Below are positions 25,840-40,639 of a stretch of 64,000 nucleotides of DNA, in pieces. The stretch spans positions 18,352,001 to 18,416,000 of the forward strand of contig JAQFVV010000004.1 of assembly GCA_028023455.1 (NCBI GenBank). The letters run 5' to 3'. A program made the position numbers and the translations under genes. This DNA is from Epiperipatus broadwayi. Lineage: Eukaryota; Animalia; Onychophora. Position 1 is the first letter of the stretch, and each line of letters starts with the position of its first letter. Under the pieces are notes generated by a model that did no database searches, was not told where the DNA came from, and saw only the letters and a program-made list of their open reading frames with translations.

Positions 25840-27560
25840 ACTATACTAACCGATCTGCAAACCACAAATCTACCAATATATCAAATATGCTGATCATTTT
25901 TCCGTTTAATATTCTGCAATACTTCCCTTTAACTTCTTTTGAAGAAAACATTATTTCTGAAATGCTTCCACATCATATGTAATCATAGCTCTCAAATGCA
26001 TTCATCAACACAGAGCTTCTTTATAATGTCTTGAGATAATCCTTATAATATAAATGGGGTCTATTTCTTCCATGAAAACCATGCACAAGTTCACTTATAA
26101 AATTTTACTTATAGGAATTTTTGTAATATTTGTTTGTTTTACATATCTAATCCAATGAAGTTGTGATTTTACAATACAGGATTCTATAATATCATACCCA
26201 GCAAGTTAAAAAATATACTATGATTGTTTTTAATGATCTTCCTATTGTATTTTTAAAATTTTACAAAGCATTCTTAAATGAAATTTTTCTAGAGCTTTTT
26301 TTCTTTGTCCAATCTCATTTCCATATAATAAATTAGTTAAAATAACAGCTCTATTAACAGCCAAGATAGTTGCAGTAGTTTATTTCCCAATATCTTTTAA
26401 CTTATTAAAAGCAGCAGCATCACATTGGAAACTGTGCTGTACCTGAACATCTAAGTCAATTTTTTTACATATAATACTGCCAAGGTATTTAATCTGGTTT
26501 ACATTCTCAATTTGATAAACATCCAAGCTAAAAGTCACTGAGGATTTTTCTTTAGTCACTGATTGATAAAGAACTTGGAATTGTTTGAACATTAATTAAT
26601 AAATCAATGTCTTAATATGTTATATTAAAACAATAAAATTTCAGTAAATCATCTTTTAAATCAGCAAAAAGAGCTGTCATCAATCAAGATACTATAAATC
26701 CACTGTAAATCCAGATTCAAGAAGTTCTTGTTTTCACTTCTAATCAATTCAAATTAAAAATTCCACTATAAACCTATATTGTATTTTAATCCATTTGATC
26801 AAATTCCCTATAAACAATTCCAAAGACCAGGCATAAAAATTGAAAATAATGTTGGAGCAAGTACATACCTTCGCTTAACATCAATTTTTATTTCAAATGC
26901 CTCAGATTTTCCACCTATAGTGGTATCTCTTCTCATTCCATCATGTAGAAATTATATAATACAAATAAGCTTTGGTGGACAACTAACTAATTTCAAACAA
27001 TGCCACAGACTTGTTTAATTAATTAAGTTAAATGCTTGACCAAATCGATAAAAGCAATATATAAATCATTCTTTTGTTCCTGATACTTTTCTTGCATTTG
27101 CCTGATAACAAAAACTTTATCTATGGTGCTTCTTAATTCTCTAAAATCATACCAAGTCTCCATTAATTATTCATCTATTAATTAAAACAACCTATTCTTA
27201 CTGTATTACTGCACTCTTCTCTAGACACTTTTTTAAAAAATTGGAATATTAGAACTTTCATAAGATGATGCAGCATAATTTCACGAGTCCATATATTCCT
27301 TAAAAAATTCCAATATTTTTGAGGTTAACATATCAATATCATATTTAAAAAAATTTTCCAGGTATGTCATCAGGCCTGCAGCTTTTATATTTTTAAGATT
27401 ACAGAAAGCTATTAGAAGACTAAAATGGATATCTTATGTCCCAATGTAAAATAAATAAACGGGATCTAACATTAAAAGTCCTTATCATCTCAATTTCTGT
27501 ATTATTATCCAAAAAATACCTTTTCCATTTGTTCAAAATATCATTATCATTATATAAAAT
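25840..27560 (-). mobile_element. Decayed RTE (BovB-like) LINE, RT region
   Basis: RSTIDKVFVIRQMQEKYQEQKNDLYIAFID, SEAFEIKIDVKRRYVLAPTLFSIF, IENVNQIKYLGS..AAAFNKL. Confidence 0.75.
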
Positions 27561-30460
27561 GTCATTGCTAGATTTAATAAAATTATAATATTTTTCAAAT
27601 TTACATATTGCATTCAGTATACTAAAAAAGATCTAGAGGCCAACATCAGTGAATGTTTATATCTCTTTTGCAATTTTACCTATCATCATTTTTAAGCCTT
27701 CTTATCAATCATTGAAGTTATCTCTTTAAATATTTATATTTATTGTGAAGTTACACATTTTATGGCCACATTTTCTTTTCATCAAATCATTAACAATAAG
27801 ATAATAGTCAAAAAACTAGTCAGTGAATTTAAGAATAATTTATTTGCATTCATAAAACTTCTTAATAGAATTCTCAATAATACAATAATATCATATAAGA
27901 ATTTTAATATTGTGTATAAGGAAATGTGATCTGAAGTTATATCCAGATTGTATTATCAATCAAAAGTAATATTTAGTTCTGACTATGATGGAATAAAATT
28001 ATTTCTTTTTTATATATTAAATCTATACTTTTAATGAATAAATGTCATATAAAGCAATTAGCTGAATAATTATGAAATGTCTATAAGTCTTAATATTATA
28101 TTGCTATTATAATACTTATGATAAACAAATTAATACACTTTAATACTTTTGAGTGTACACAGTAAATCGATTAACATATGAGATATTGCATTCATAAAAC
28201 TATATCCATATATTAATAACATATTTTTTTTAAGTTTTTTGTTTAAGCCTTTAAAAAAAGGTTTCAAAAGCCCTAATTACTTAAAACCAAAAATGATAAA
28301 TAAATAAATTAATATTATAATTCATTATTAAAGAAGTGATTATCTACTCAAGATCTTTGCTTTTAAAACAAATAAAATCCTATTATATATGTACATAAAT
28401 GATATCCAAATCGCTTTCTCCCTTTCTCTCTCTATATACATACATATATTTATATGAAGAATGCTTTATTAATCTATATATGAAAGAAATGAATTTATTA
28501 AGGTTATATCAGAGGCAAGTTTTGCATTAATTGTATACAAAAAAAAAAAAAACCCACCATGATTTGAATTTACAATCTTTCAATATTATAAAAACTTGCA
28601 ACCTGAATTTTCTTTCCATTATTGTAGCATTGATGTAAACTGATAGTTTTTCTCATCTTATTTTTAGAGTTATTGTCTTTCATAATAACAGCTTATATTC
28701 TGATTCTATATAAATTCATTAATATTGTTAAACTTTTTTCTTTGGCCTCTCAGATAGAATTAGGTAATGATTAACTTTGATCTTGAAGTTTGTTAGATCA
28801 TCATTTTTAAGTTTTTTTTTAAAACTAGTGTGTAATTACTATGAAATAAAGATTGTATTTGCAGTTCTAATTACTATTTCTAAGTCATTATTACTTTGAA
28901 GTAAATTATCAAAATCATAAAGTAATTAACCAGTTCCAAAGGCAATTATAGTTTGAAATAATTTAACAGAGTTAACTGAAAAAAATCAAGATCATTTCTA
29001 TTTTGTTTTCTTTTTTTCGTTTATTCACTCTTTCCAATTATTATCTGAATTTCATCCTTTCATATTTAATAGACTTTTATAACAAGAGTCTGTTCTTCTT
29101 TTTCTATTTGTTTTATTTTTCAAAACATTTTATTACTAATATTTATTTAAGACAGTAATATGATGACAATGGTAACAACTGATCACAATTATGTCAAGAG
29201 CAAATCATATCAAATGATATGAGAAAATTCTGAACTACATTAAAAATTTTATCAATAGAAAAAATGCTATAATTACCAAGATGTGATATAGATTTGATGA
29301 AATTTAATAACAGTAATTTTTTTGGTAAACTTATCTATAGTATTTCTTTACTCTGGTCTTGCTCTATTTAAAAAAATCTAATGTTCTGTATTTTCTTTGT
29401 CAGCAACTGTGAGTCATAAGTATAATTTTCTATTTGAATATGATAGGCAATGGGATCTCATGAACAATTATTACTTTCCAGAAAGATATTAAACACAATT
29501 TGTTCCATTTGTTTACATTGAAGTACTTTAGATTTTTATGCATCAGATTAATCATATGAAATATATGTATGAGTATCCCATGAGAAAGATCAATTGTTAT
29601 ACGATCTAAGGTCAGGAATCAAGTGATAAGAACTGTCAGATCCGAAAAGAAGTCTTACAAATCCAATAACTTTATGTTTCCCTGAAATCCTTCAGAATTT
29701 TGTTCCCTCTCTTGTTATATGGGATATGAATTATTTCATTACAAGTCCAGTATAACGTATTAGTTTTTGTTGTCACAAATTTGTATTATTTGGAGCAATT
29801 ACATTATTAGTACTTTTACCATAATAAGTAAAGAAAATCAATTTTTTAACTGTCTTATTTTTCATATAAAAAAATATAATAATATTATTTTTTCATTGTT
29901 TGTTTTCCTTTTTATTCTGAGAAAAATCTTAAAAATTTCTGATAAGGATATTTATTTTATCATTTCTACTACATTTTTGTGATTGACTATTTTTCTAGGT
30001 TTAACAGCTTTTAACATTACTGTTGTTCAAAAGTTATTCAATATTTTGCAAACATTTTTATTTACTAGTAAAAATTCCCTGTAATTCTACGATATTACTA
30101 TCTGTCTTTTTATGACTGAGAGTTAAATGAACAATCCACTTTAAATACTATTTCTTATACCTAATTTATATTTATGTATAATATTTTTAATTTTTGAAAA
30201 AAATTGGAAAAATTACATATACCTTTAAAAAATTTTTTTTCATCAATTATATGCAATCAATTCTTTAAATAAATGTCTTTGGTAGCTATTGTATAAAATA
30301 TAATTGTATTTTTATCAGTTTTATGAAATATTATTCAGTGTTTCGTAAGTTTCATTTTTCAAAGAAATATCTAATAAGTAAATAAATATTTTTTCATTAG
30401 TTATTAAAATAAATTAAACAAAGATTAAAAAAATTATTAAGTATGCTGAAATTTATATAC

Positions 30461-30585
30461 CGAATTTCTTCAAGCATTGGAAAAATTTTCTGCAAAATAT
30501 CTATATGTGTGCGATGATCATTGACAAAAGCAAATAATAACCTTTCAAAGGAAAACAAAGGAGGCTCGCAACTTTCTTTTAAATT
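30461..30585 (-). CDS. JARID2: JARID2 exon (NLKESCEPPLFSFERLLFAFVNDHRTHIDILQKIFPMLEEIR)
   Basis: ttttcag acceptor, gtatat donor, 125 nt; matches the post-JmjC FSxEKLL helix; CG|G restores Arg across the intron. Confidence 0.9.
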
Positions 30586-32893
30586 CTGAAAAATAAAAAT
30601 ACTAATATTTATAATATAATAACTATAATTTATAAAAAATATATATATTTAATATGAAATATTGGAATCTATTAATCTGAAAATTACATATCAAATATAA
30701 TACAATATAAAATATTAACATATATACAAACTGGATACAATCTAATTCTTAAAACAACTCTAATTAACAAATCTCACTGACATTATCTTTTAAAACTATA
30801 ATCACTAAAAAAAAAACTTTTTTTACTTAACAATCTTCAAACAAATATGATATGCATAGCTCCTTTGAATAAATTTTAATAATAAATTTATTCGAAATGT
30901 GTATACTAAATATCATTGTTTTAAAAAAAAGGCTTTTCTAAAAAGATTTCTGGGATAATTATATATATATACTGATAATTATATGCTTTAAAAAGAATAG
31001 AAATTATAATGTAAATGAATATATGAAGCATTCGTGTCTTATTGGTATGTTTTGTTAAAATCTCTCTTAAAATTGAATAAAAATTTGATGATTTATTAGA
31101 AAATGCCGACAGGAAAAAAAGACAAGAGTGTAAACGAAGAAAAAATAAGTAAGTGAAAGAAAAAAAATCATAAAAAGAGAAAAAATGTGATTTTGATAAA
31201 TTGGAAAAAAATTTTAGTGACAAAATGGCCAATACGATAAGGCTTCAAAAAGAAGATTCCAATATCATTAACGAGCCTAATAAAACAAAGAGTAATACTG
31301 AATTGATTTAGTTTAATAAAGTGGATAAAGAAGTGATATATGTAGAAAAATATATATATAAATTAAGTAGCAAAAAATTAGTTAATGGTTATATAGAACA
31401 GGCTAATTTGTTAAAGAGTTCTGAAAGAAATGATAATGTAGAGTTTGAATGTAGTTCTCAAGTAAAAGATAACGTAGAGTGGGATATTTTTTCTAAACGT
31501 AAGAAAAGAAAAACAGACTATAGTAAAAATTCTAATGAGAATGATAATATAATGTCTAATTTTTCAAGTAACAAAGAGAAAAATGATGAGAAATTCATAA
31601 AGTTTCAATCAAATAAATAAACAAGGTAAACAATCTGACAATAATATTATTCCAACGGAGTTTACAAATTTAAATGATAACATTCAGGATTTGCAAAATA
31701 TACACAAGCCAAGCTCAGAGGTCTTTGTTAAAATGAATTTTTATTAAAAAAAAATTTTTAATAGTTGCATGACTCCTAACACATCAATTTTTAGTTTAAT
31801 TGTACAAATTAATGAAAAAAATGGGGAACAGATTCTCGATAAACTGGAAATAGGTGAATATTTAAAAATGTTTGCCTCACTAATGTAACTGATTCAATCA
31901 AACATATGGCTTTCTTTCCTGCTAGGGATTTTATTTCAATAGAATATGTCAACCGTGATAGTAGAGAATTAGCAGAAAGCCTAATAAAGAAGTGCAGGGT
32001 CTTAGAATATATTATGTATCTAAGAAACCCAGCACGCTTGTATATGGTAGGATCTTGCACACTCCACCAACATTTAATGAAGATTTTTTAAAAAACCAAA
32101 TTAATAACTATGCAGAAATAATCTCCATGGAAAGAGAAATGACGCCAGGTATTCAATTTCAAATTCCCTCAAACACATGAAAAATACTGCTAAAATTTAA
32201 AAAAAGGTGTATTAAGAGAACAATTGCCTATTTCTGTTATCCTTAAAGGTCGACCGCCACTCTGTTTCAGATGTAACAGAGTAGGTCAGATAGCAGCAAT
32301 GTGTAAGGTTGAAAACTGTATAGAGTGCAATAAATTTGATAGAAAAGGGTATATATTTAATACTAGTAAAATAACATAGGCAAGTATTGTAGATAATGAG
32401 ATTCCACTTGAGAGTGATGTGGAATATCAAAATCAATGCATGGATGAAGAAATAGTGATAAGTAAAGATAACTCTGAAATTTCAAAGCAGACTGATTATT
32501 CAAAAGATAAAGGAGATGAAATGTTTAATTAGATGATGATAAAATAAATAATAATAATAATAATGGTATCAATCCTAATGATAGCACTGAAGTGATGTTA
32601 AAAAAAATAACTTTCAATGAATTAAATCTACAAAATCAATGTGTTGACATTGCCTGATAATATAAGCGACAAGGATAAGACAGAAAATCAACAAACTTTT
32701 GGTTTAATAAATGACGGCATTTTCTCTTAACGTAACAACATTAAATATTAGAGGTGTTAATAATGTAATTAAAGAAGATAAAGAAAAAGCAGATTACGTG
32801 ATTTGATGTTGCAATACTTATGGAAACAAAAATAAATATGAATACGCCTAAAAATATTCTTAACAGATTGTCTCAAAAAATATTATATTATAT

Positions 32894-34951
32894 TGTAACG
32901 ATATATAGATATGTCGTTACATTAATTTAAAAGAAAAACAAAGTTCGCAAATAAAAATAAATGTATTAAAAATCTATAAAAAAACTAGACGCTAAAATTA
33001 AAATGTTGTTAAATATATATATTCGCACAGATGCTAAACTTTAAAAATATTTTTTTTTTATATATAAATAAAAAAAGGTATTTGAACGTATTTTTTTTTT
33101 TTTTTGATAAAAAAATACAAGAGTTAAATATTAAAATATTTAATATAAGTTAAAATAAAAACAGGTATTAATTAATTCCTGTAATCTATAAATGGAAATG
33201 ATTGTTTATTATTTGAAAAACAAGCTAGCCCTCAAGGCTCTTATGTAATTAAAGGGTCAGATGGAAATTAGATAAGAGAAATTAGCTGGACCAATGGAAG
33301 CACCAAGCCTTGGCTCAGACCCTAACGAAAGTGATGGATTGGTGACGTTTTGTTGTTTGAATCCGTGTGGATAATATAAAAAGGAAAAATATTGAGTATT
33401 GGGCAGTTCCAGCTGTTTTTTGAGAGTGGTGATAGAGACGCACATATCACACACTCTCTCTCTATTTTAAAAAATGAACTGATTGTGATACCGAAATGAA
33501 CCAGCTAATGCTACCTCCGGAACATCTGGCCGGGTTTCAAACAAGGACTCCGTGGAAAAACAAGAACCTGGACTCTTCTTCCGTAAGCTATTAACAATGA
33601 ACTTAAAAAATTTTAAATAATTAAGAACTTTCGTGCAAGCAATTTAAATGTTAAAATGGAATTTCTATCTGATCTTTAAGTTTAAAATCAATTGATGTTT
33701 AATTTTATATGTTTGTTATTGATAAAAAATCATTTCCATTCATTTTAATTGTATAAATTATTTATTGTTTAAATTTTAAATGCATAAAATTTAAAGTTGG
33801 GTATAGACATTGCATAGATTCGTTAGCGGTTGATGATGTTGAGATTTTCACAGTCGATTAGAATGTATAGGTCAACGATGTTAATGCAGGCACCTTATGG
33901 TGAGTGCCATGGGTTTTGTGTATTCCTTTTTGCAATTGACGTTATCGATGATTTTGTATTTTGATCGATTGTGTTTAATTTGGATGTTTTTGACCGTGGA
34001 ATCTGTGCAGCCGATCTATACTTAACATTTTAAAACAAATTGTATAAAAGTTATCTGTGCGAACATATCTAAATGATAAATTTAAGTCGGGCGTGAACGA
34101 CCATATAGTTTTGTAAGGTTATATTAAGGGAGGGTAATCTTAGGTTATTTGTTTCGTGGTTGAATTGGCTCAATGGTTTCGATATATTTGTGTAGGTAGT
34201 AAATGTAGCAGGAGATCCGCCACGTGCAGGATTACATATATACGCCGCACACCCTCTGTTGCCTATGGAATTGGATAGTAAGACGCAAGACGTAATCCAT
34301 TCTTATGGGAGTTTTATGTTTATTGTTCTCTCGCCATCAGAAGTAGCATTCCTGGTGGTGGAGAGCAACAATGTCTTCTCACTATACTGTTCAGATGTGC
34401 ATTTCTGACAGTATAGTCTATTTAGTGCCGTTGTATTTTCATGCTACATTGAATACATAAGTGTATCGGATGGTTGGCGTCAGTTTGACTTTGAATTTTT
34501 AGCCTAGGGTTAAATAAGGGAAGAATATTGTCTTTTCAAATGCAGATCTATGTAGCCTATTCATACCCGACCCTCTAAATAAAATATTAAACATTATAGC
34601 AAGCTATTTTAAATGTAAAATTAAAAGTTAATATAAAAATCTAAATGTTAAACTTATTCCTCGGGTTTAGAATGATTTTATATGTGCGTAAATAAATATT
34701 TTTCTGTGTTAATTTCTGGCAGTGGCTTTTATTATTTTTTTATATTTATATCTAAATTTATGGATTTTTATCTCTGCGTCTCCACTGAGCTAGTGACAAT
34801 GGGCTAACGATCTAAATATGTAAATAAAGTGGAATCCTAACAGCGCGTATCTGCCTACTTTATAAATTTTTCTAGGCTCAAATGCCTAGATGGCGCCATT
34901 GGTAGTGCGGTGCGGTGCGATGCGATCTCCCACTTCGTTTGGATCGTTATA
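32894..34951. mobile_element. ~2.06-kb insertion with TGTAACGAT/ATCGTTA(T)A termini and ATAT TSD (solo LTR or Ginger-like)
   Basis: Splits the Tx1 APE between ETKINMNTP...YY and KPNSRLAQGVAVLF; ATAT at 32890-93 and 34952-55; 9-bp terminal inverted repeat with one mismatch. Confidence 0.65.
33291..33380 (+). promoter_or_regulatory. Candidate Pol II promoter inside the insertion (CCAAT, inverted CCAAT, TGACGT, TATAAA)
   Basis: CCAAT at 33291, ATTGG at 33338, TGACGT at 33343, TATAAA at 33375; motif match only. Confidence 0.3.
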
Positions 34952-37900
34952 ATATAAACCTAATAGTAGACTAGCACAAGGAGTTGCTGTATTATTTAAT
35001 ATGAATTCAGATATTGAAGCAGTTCAGATCTTAACATTATAGACTAATTACATTGTTGTGTCTTTTTTGTTTTCAGGGGTTCTGCATTATTTGATTGCTG
35101 TTTTCTCAATTGCAAGGGTAAGGACTTAGTAAAAGTTTTACATAGTGTCTAAAATAAATTGTTATCAAAACCAGGAATTATTATTTTTAGTGGTGACTTC
35201 AATTGTACAATAATCTCCCAATTGAATTTAAAAATAAATTACAAGAGATCTCACTTTTTTCATTACAAGATAAATATTTAGATAATAATTTTACATTCCT
35301 CAATAGTAGATATAAAACGCTTATTGACTTATTTTTTATATCAGGCAATAAAGTCAATAATGCTAAGATAACTACATCTTTAGTTCCATTTTCTGTTCAT
35401 CTTCTGGTGCACTAGAAAATACATGATTATGTTGTTAATAGAAAGCAATATAGATTTACAGTGAATAGAAATATAAGGGATAAAATAGTTTTAAAAACAG
35501 ATCAAATTTCTAATTGTCTGATAAAATTATTATTTGAGTGTTACAATTAAAAAATTAGTTGTCTAAAATGTGCATAAAAATAGCAAAGCAAAAGTTGTCC
35601 CTTAACCAAATAAAAAATAGAATATCAGAGATACATAATATATTACAATGCCTTTCATGTTTGAATGCAAACCATCATTTGGTTAGTACATTACAAGAGG
35701 AATATAACAGTATTTACCAGCTAATGCAGCAGGAATTTCAAACAAAACAACTTAGGAAATTGATCCCAAATATTAGTAAACTAACTAAGTCGGTTATTAA
35801 CTATGCAAAGGTTTATATATCGCATGAAAAAGGAATTAATTTAATACAAACCGAGTTATCTGGTGTTTTATCTGGAATTTGTGTGGATGAAGAAATTTTT
35901 GATATGTTAAAAAGAAAATTTGGTGAAAGGAAAAGTAATATAAATGATTTCAATAGAGTTTTCAGAAAAAATTAAAGAATATATTACAAGGACAAAACAA
36001 AAAATGAGATTGATAGATTAAAGACTGATGTAGCTTTGGCAAATGACTCTATACCAGCTTCAGTCTACAAAAAGCTGGATATATGGTTTAATATCAATAA
36101 TGCGGAAATGCTTTAACCAAATGTGTTGTGAAAAGATTGAATGGCCAGATATAAATAATAGAGTTATCTTTAGTATAAAAAAAGATAAAGCAATTAGAAC
36201 CCCTAAATTTGAAAACATTAGATATATATTAATTGAAGACATAGCTTCAAAATTTTTTGCAAGAATATTGCTAAGGAAATTGAATGCTACAGTTCTTTCA
36301 AGAATTTCCCAAGCACATCATGCCATTAAAAGCAAATGCGCAGTCCACGCAGCGTTAGGGATATAAGAAGCAATTAAATATGCCAAAGAGCTTAGAGTAA
36401 CACAATACTATGCAGTTAAAATAGATTTTAAATCAGCGTTTGATCTAGTTAATTGGTCTTATTTAATAAATGTATTGGATAATTTTGTTCCTGATCACAA
36501 ATATTTGATTTCTGCTATGCAAAATTATATTAAAAACAGCAGAATTTCTATTAAGAACTTTATGAGAAGATCCAATTTTTTCATACCATCAAAGGATATC
36601 CCCCAAGGATCTTCTCTTGCTGCATTGCTGTCTATTTGGACCCTATAAGAAATTGAAAACAGAGTGCCTGGTCTATACTTGCCTCATTTGGGTGTAAAAA
36701 TGCTAGTAACTGCTTTTATAGATAATGTGATAATTATATTTCAGAATAGTTTTAATGTTCAAATAGGAATGGAGATTCTTCAGAAATTTCAAACAAGGAC
36801 TGGCTCTCTCATTCAGCCTTTTAAGTCTGCAGCCTGGCAGCTTGCCACAGGAAGGAAGATACCATGTAAATTTCTGGCTACAGCATCTTTTTTTTTTTTT
36901 GGGAATACCAAATATATCGCTCTAAAACTTCTCCATGAATAAATACTTGAATGAGTTGATAATTAATAAAATAGAATCTAAAATTTGTTTCTTTTCTTCT
37001 ATGAGGCATTACCCAATAACTAAAGCTAAAATTTTTAATGCAACCTGTTTCAGAAATATTGGCATATTATGAACCTTGAGTTTCTCTTTTCAATAATACG
37101 ATAAATAAAATTAACAGGATAGCTAAGAAGTATGTTTGGGGTAAAACTAGTAACTCAATTTCTGTTTCCACTTTACAGCTGCCTATAAGTAAAGGGGGGG
37201 AGGGTAATTGAAGCAAGAGATTATGTTGCCTTTATTAAGGCTACTACTTACTTGAATATAATAAAAAATAAAAAATTTGACCCACCAGTGCGATATAAGA
37301 CTATTCAGTGAAATAGGAAAAGATCTTTTTTTTTTTTGACTCGATGATAGCTTATAAGATTTATAGTACCACCTAAAGCACGTGGATTGTCGAGAGATCT
37401 CATGGATGGATTTATCTAAAGAAAAGGTTTTGAGGAATTATCAATCAATATGTGCTCCTCCATCCTACATTAAATTTGTTTTTAAGTTAATAAATGGCTT
37501 GTTACTTATAACTTCCTTTTTGAATCGTAGATCTGGATACTAAATGTGTGTTGTGTAAAAATAAAGAACCCTTTTTGCATTTGTTCGAAGAGTGTAGTGG
37601 TTTTCGACAATTAAGAAATTGTGTTTTTAACTCACCATTTATAAATTTGAGATATATGATAAATAAATATATTCAGAGGTTTGACCCTCACTTTGCAATG
37701 ATAATAGCACGTATTGAAAACAATGTGGGCTGTAAGATGTTCATTAATTTTCAATAACAAGAAATATAATTGGATTAAAAAACTAGAAGATGATTGGGAT
37801 AAATATTATTATCAATATATAAAATATCTACCAAAAAAAACAAACTGAAAGAATATGGAATGGATTTTTCCCTACTGTTTGTAAAATTTGGAATAGTGTT

Positions 37901-38389
37901 TATTATTGAAAAAATGAACTTTAGTTAACTTGTAAGGAAGGAAAAAAAGGGAAAAGAAAAAAAATGTTTTTTTTTTTGTTAATATGTAAATATATATTTT
38001 TTGTGTTTTTCTATTAACAAAGTTATTTACTTAAAATAAAAATTAAAAAAATAATGTAAATGAATCTGCCTTTCCCATAAAAATCAAGCTCAAACTCATC
38101 ATAAAATTCTTTTTTCTATCTCTTTGACTTCCAGTATGCTCCATCATACCCCTTACCAGAAATTTACATTTTAAACTGAGCTAGCACAGAATCAGTAGGT
38201 CTCACACTTACAGTTCTCTAATCATTCGATCCGCCATTTTGTTATGTTTAAAATGATGTATAATTTTTTTTTTTCTACAATGAAATTTAGATTTTTTATT
38301 TTGGGATGCATTTTTTAATTATTTTTTTTTTCTCTTTTTTTTTTTTAGATTTAGCATTCATAAAATGCTTTTACTGTTGAAATGGACTC

Positions 38390-38640
38390 TCTTGCCACTT
38401 GCTGAGACTGTTCAATTGCCGATGTATGTATTCATAAGCCTTCTCTTTGTTCAAAAAGATCTATGTTTGTTGGAAATAACAAGGAATCAAAAACAAAATA
38501 CTTGAAGATAGAACAAGTAGGTATTACAGACATCATTGAAGGAATTACGAGATTAAAATGGTTGTGGGGTGGACTTATTATCAGAGATGACCACAGATGG
38601 ACAGTTGAAATCTTAAAATGATCTAGAAAGTGACCACATA
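38390..38640 (+). mobile_element. RTE 3' fragment
   Basis: TDIIEGITRLKWLWGGLIIRDDHRWTVEILK resembles the RTE KWxWAGH...RW motif. Confidence 0.6.
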
Positions 38641-40347
38641 TAAAACAGATGAATAAAATAAAGAAGTGTGATGTGATGTGAAAATAGAGAAACTATGGAT
38701 CGAAAACTGAATTAAAATTGGAGAAAACTTTATACTGTAATGAAATGATAATGGTTGAAAATGATAATGACCAAAGGATAAATAATAATTTTATTTTCAT
38801 TTTGTAATAAAAATTGCTTTTATATACCCAATGATTAAAGTTGATAATGATGAATAAAAGTAAGGATTTAACCAAAAAGACATGCAGATATTGGTAAGTT
38901 GAAAAAGATTCTCCAAGTTGTCATCTTATCACATTTACACAACAACTATTCTTCTGCCAGTTAGTCTATTGAGAAAGAGACAGTGCACAGTGATCTTACA
39001 GAAAATCATTTAAAACTAGCTGTTTAACTTATTGATCTTGATATATATAACATAATATAGCTTTTATAAATTGCAATTTATTTATTGCTAATCTGCATTA
39101 TCACTATTTAGTAAAATAATGTAATGTTGGAACAATATAAACAAGTCTCACTGAATTAAAGCAAACATAATATATTGCTGAAAGCAATTATTAAAGAATA
39201 TATTTTAGAACTTATTATTTAGTAATTAATTCTAAAGATATAAACTAATCTTGAATTTTTGATTTTAAAATTTTTCAACAAGATTTCTTTCATAAAATTT
39301 TCTCCCCCCTCCCCCCCCCCCTTTTTTTTTTTTTTTCTCAAAAAAGTCAAAATTATAAATACCATTAAATTCTTTTTCTACAATATTCATCTGCTTTTTA
39401 GTTTTTGAAATTAAGTTCCATATAAAAAAATTTTTTCATGATTCTTCAAATTGTTATTTCATTCCATATTGATCTTTGAAAAATCACAATCTTGATGCAA
39501 TACTTTCTGGAATGGATTAGTTGTTTGTTTTTTAAAAAAATTAATTAAAGATGTCAGTTCTTTTTGCTCACTGTGTTTTCCTTTTGGATTAAATGAAGAT
39601 TTGAAAATACTGTTATCAAAAATAATGTTTCATTAAGAATAACTGTGAACACTCACCTCTGAATTTTAATTCAATGCAAGCACTTTAATGCATATTCATG
39701 TACATCAGTTGCTGGTTTATTATATACTCCTGTTTTTCTGAAATCCATGAAGTACTGATAAAAATAAAAGCTTTCAAAGAATAGCTATGTTATATTATAT
39801 ATGCACAAACTATATGTAAGGCACAATGACAGTAAAGTTTCTAAGTCTTGGAAGAACTACATACTTTGCACAAAATAATTGTCAAAGAATTTTCAGCAAA
39901 TAATAGCTTAAAATTTTCTTAAGATACATAAAATCTTAAACCATAATTTTAAATATCTTTTCATTTATGTTTTACCATTTGTAAAAATTGAAATTATAAT
40001 TGTTATGGACAGAAAGAAAATCTGTCCAAAAGATCTACATTATATTAATTCCAGTTTTTTAAATATAGGTAATTACTATGGTATTAAAATCTATAATTTG
40101 CTATTAACAGTAGAATGTTTTGAATTATAAAATCTGAGTTGTACTTTATATATATATTTTAGGGAATATTAATTATAAAATTGCCTTTATCTATAATTTT
40201 TAATGTTTTTTGATGCTATCATTTTCTTGTTATATCATTTTTTTTTTTTTCTTACTTTTTCTTTAAAGGCAATGGATCAAGAGTTTTATTGTACTAATTT
40301 ATTTCAAAATATTATAATGAATATTAAATAGAAAATAAAATTATTAC

Positions 40348-40639
40348 CTTAAAAGCTAGAGGGCACTTGTTAAGCCAGTCCGACTTGGCTAAAAATAGTG
40401 ATTCGCTGATGTTATAACCACAGCAGATAGAAGCTGTGTAAGCTTGAGAAAAAACTACCACGAACTGACCTGCTTGCTGAACCAGCCTACAGAGAGAGAC
40501 TCCATTTGCAACTAACATAAAAGGTGGCACCATGATTGTCTCAGCTGGAAGCCATATAGGAGTCTTGACACAGTATTCAGGAACTGCAGTCTTCATGGCT
40601 TGATGGAAAACTTCACCATGCGATTCTGGTATACAATAC
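40348..40639 (-). CDS. JARID2: JARID2 exon, C-terminal half of JmjC (YCIP...VQQAGQFVVVFSQAYTASICCGYNISES...LAFK)
   Basis: Lies within ORF 40324..40662; AG acceptor at 40640-41, gtaata donor, 292 nt; the QQxGQFVV and CCGY motifs are JARID2-like. Confidence 0.93.

Larger units (their letters stand above)
31021..38050 (+). mobile_element. Full-length, pseudogenised L1/Tx1-type LINE (ORF1 Zn knuckle; ORF2 APE-RT-zf)
   Basis: 15-bp TSD ATAATGTAAATGAAT at 31006-31020 and 38051-38065. ORF1 has GRPPLCFRCNRVGQIAAMC. ORF2 has TLNIRGVN, GVAVLF, SGDFNC, KIDFKSAFDLVNW, IPQGS, AFIDN and CVLC...HLFEEC. T-rich 3' UTR and A-rich tail. Confidence 0.9.

Noticed and set aside
38225-38240. TCGATC(C)GCCATTTT shared with ~60985
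   Set aside because: A short YY1-like match with no flanking homology; cannot support a common origin.
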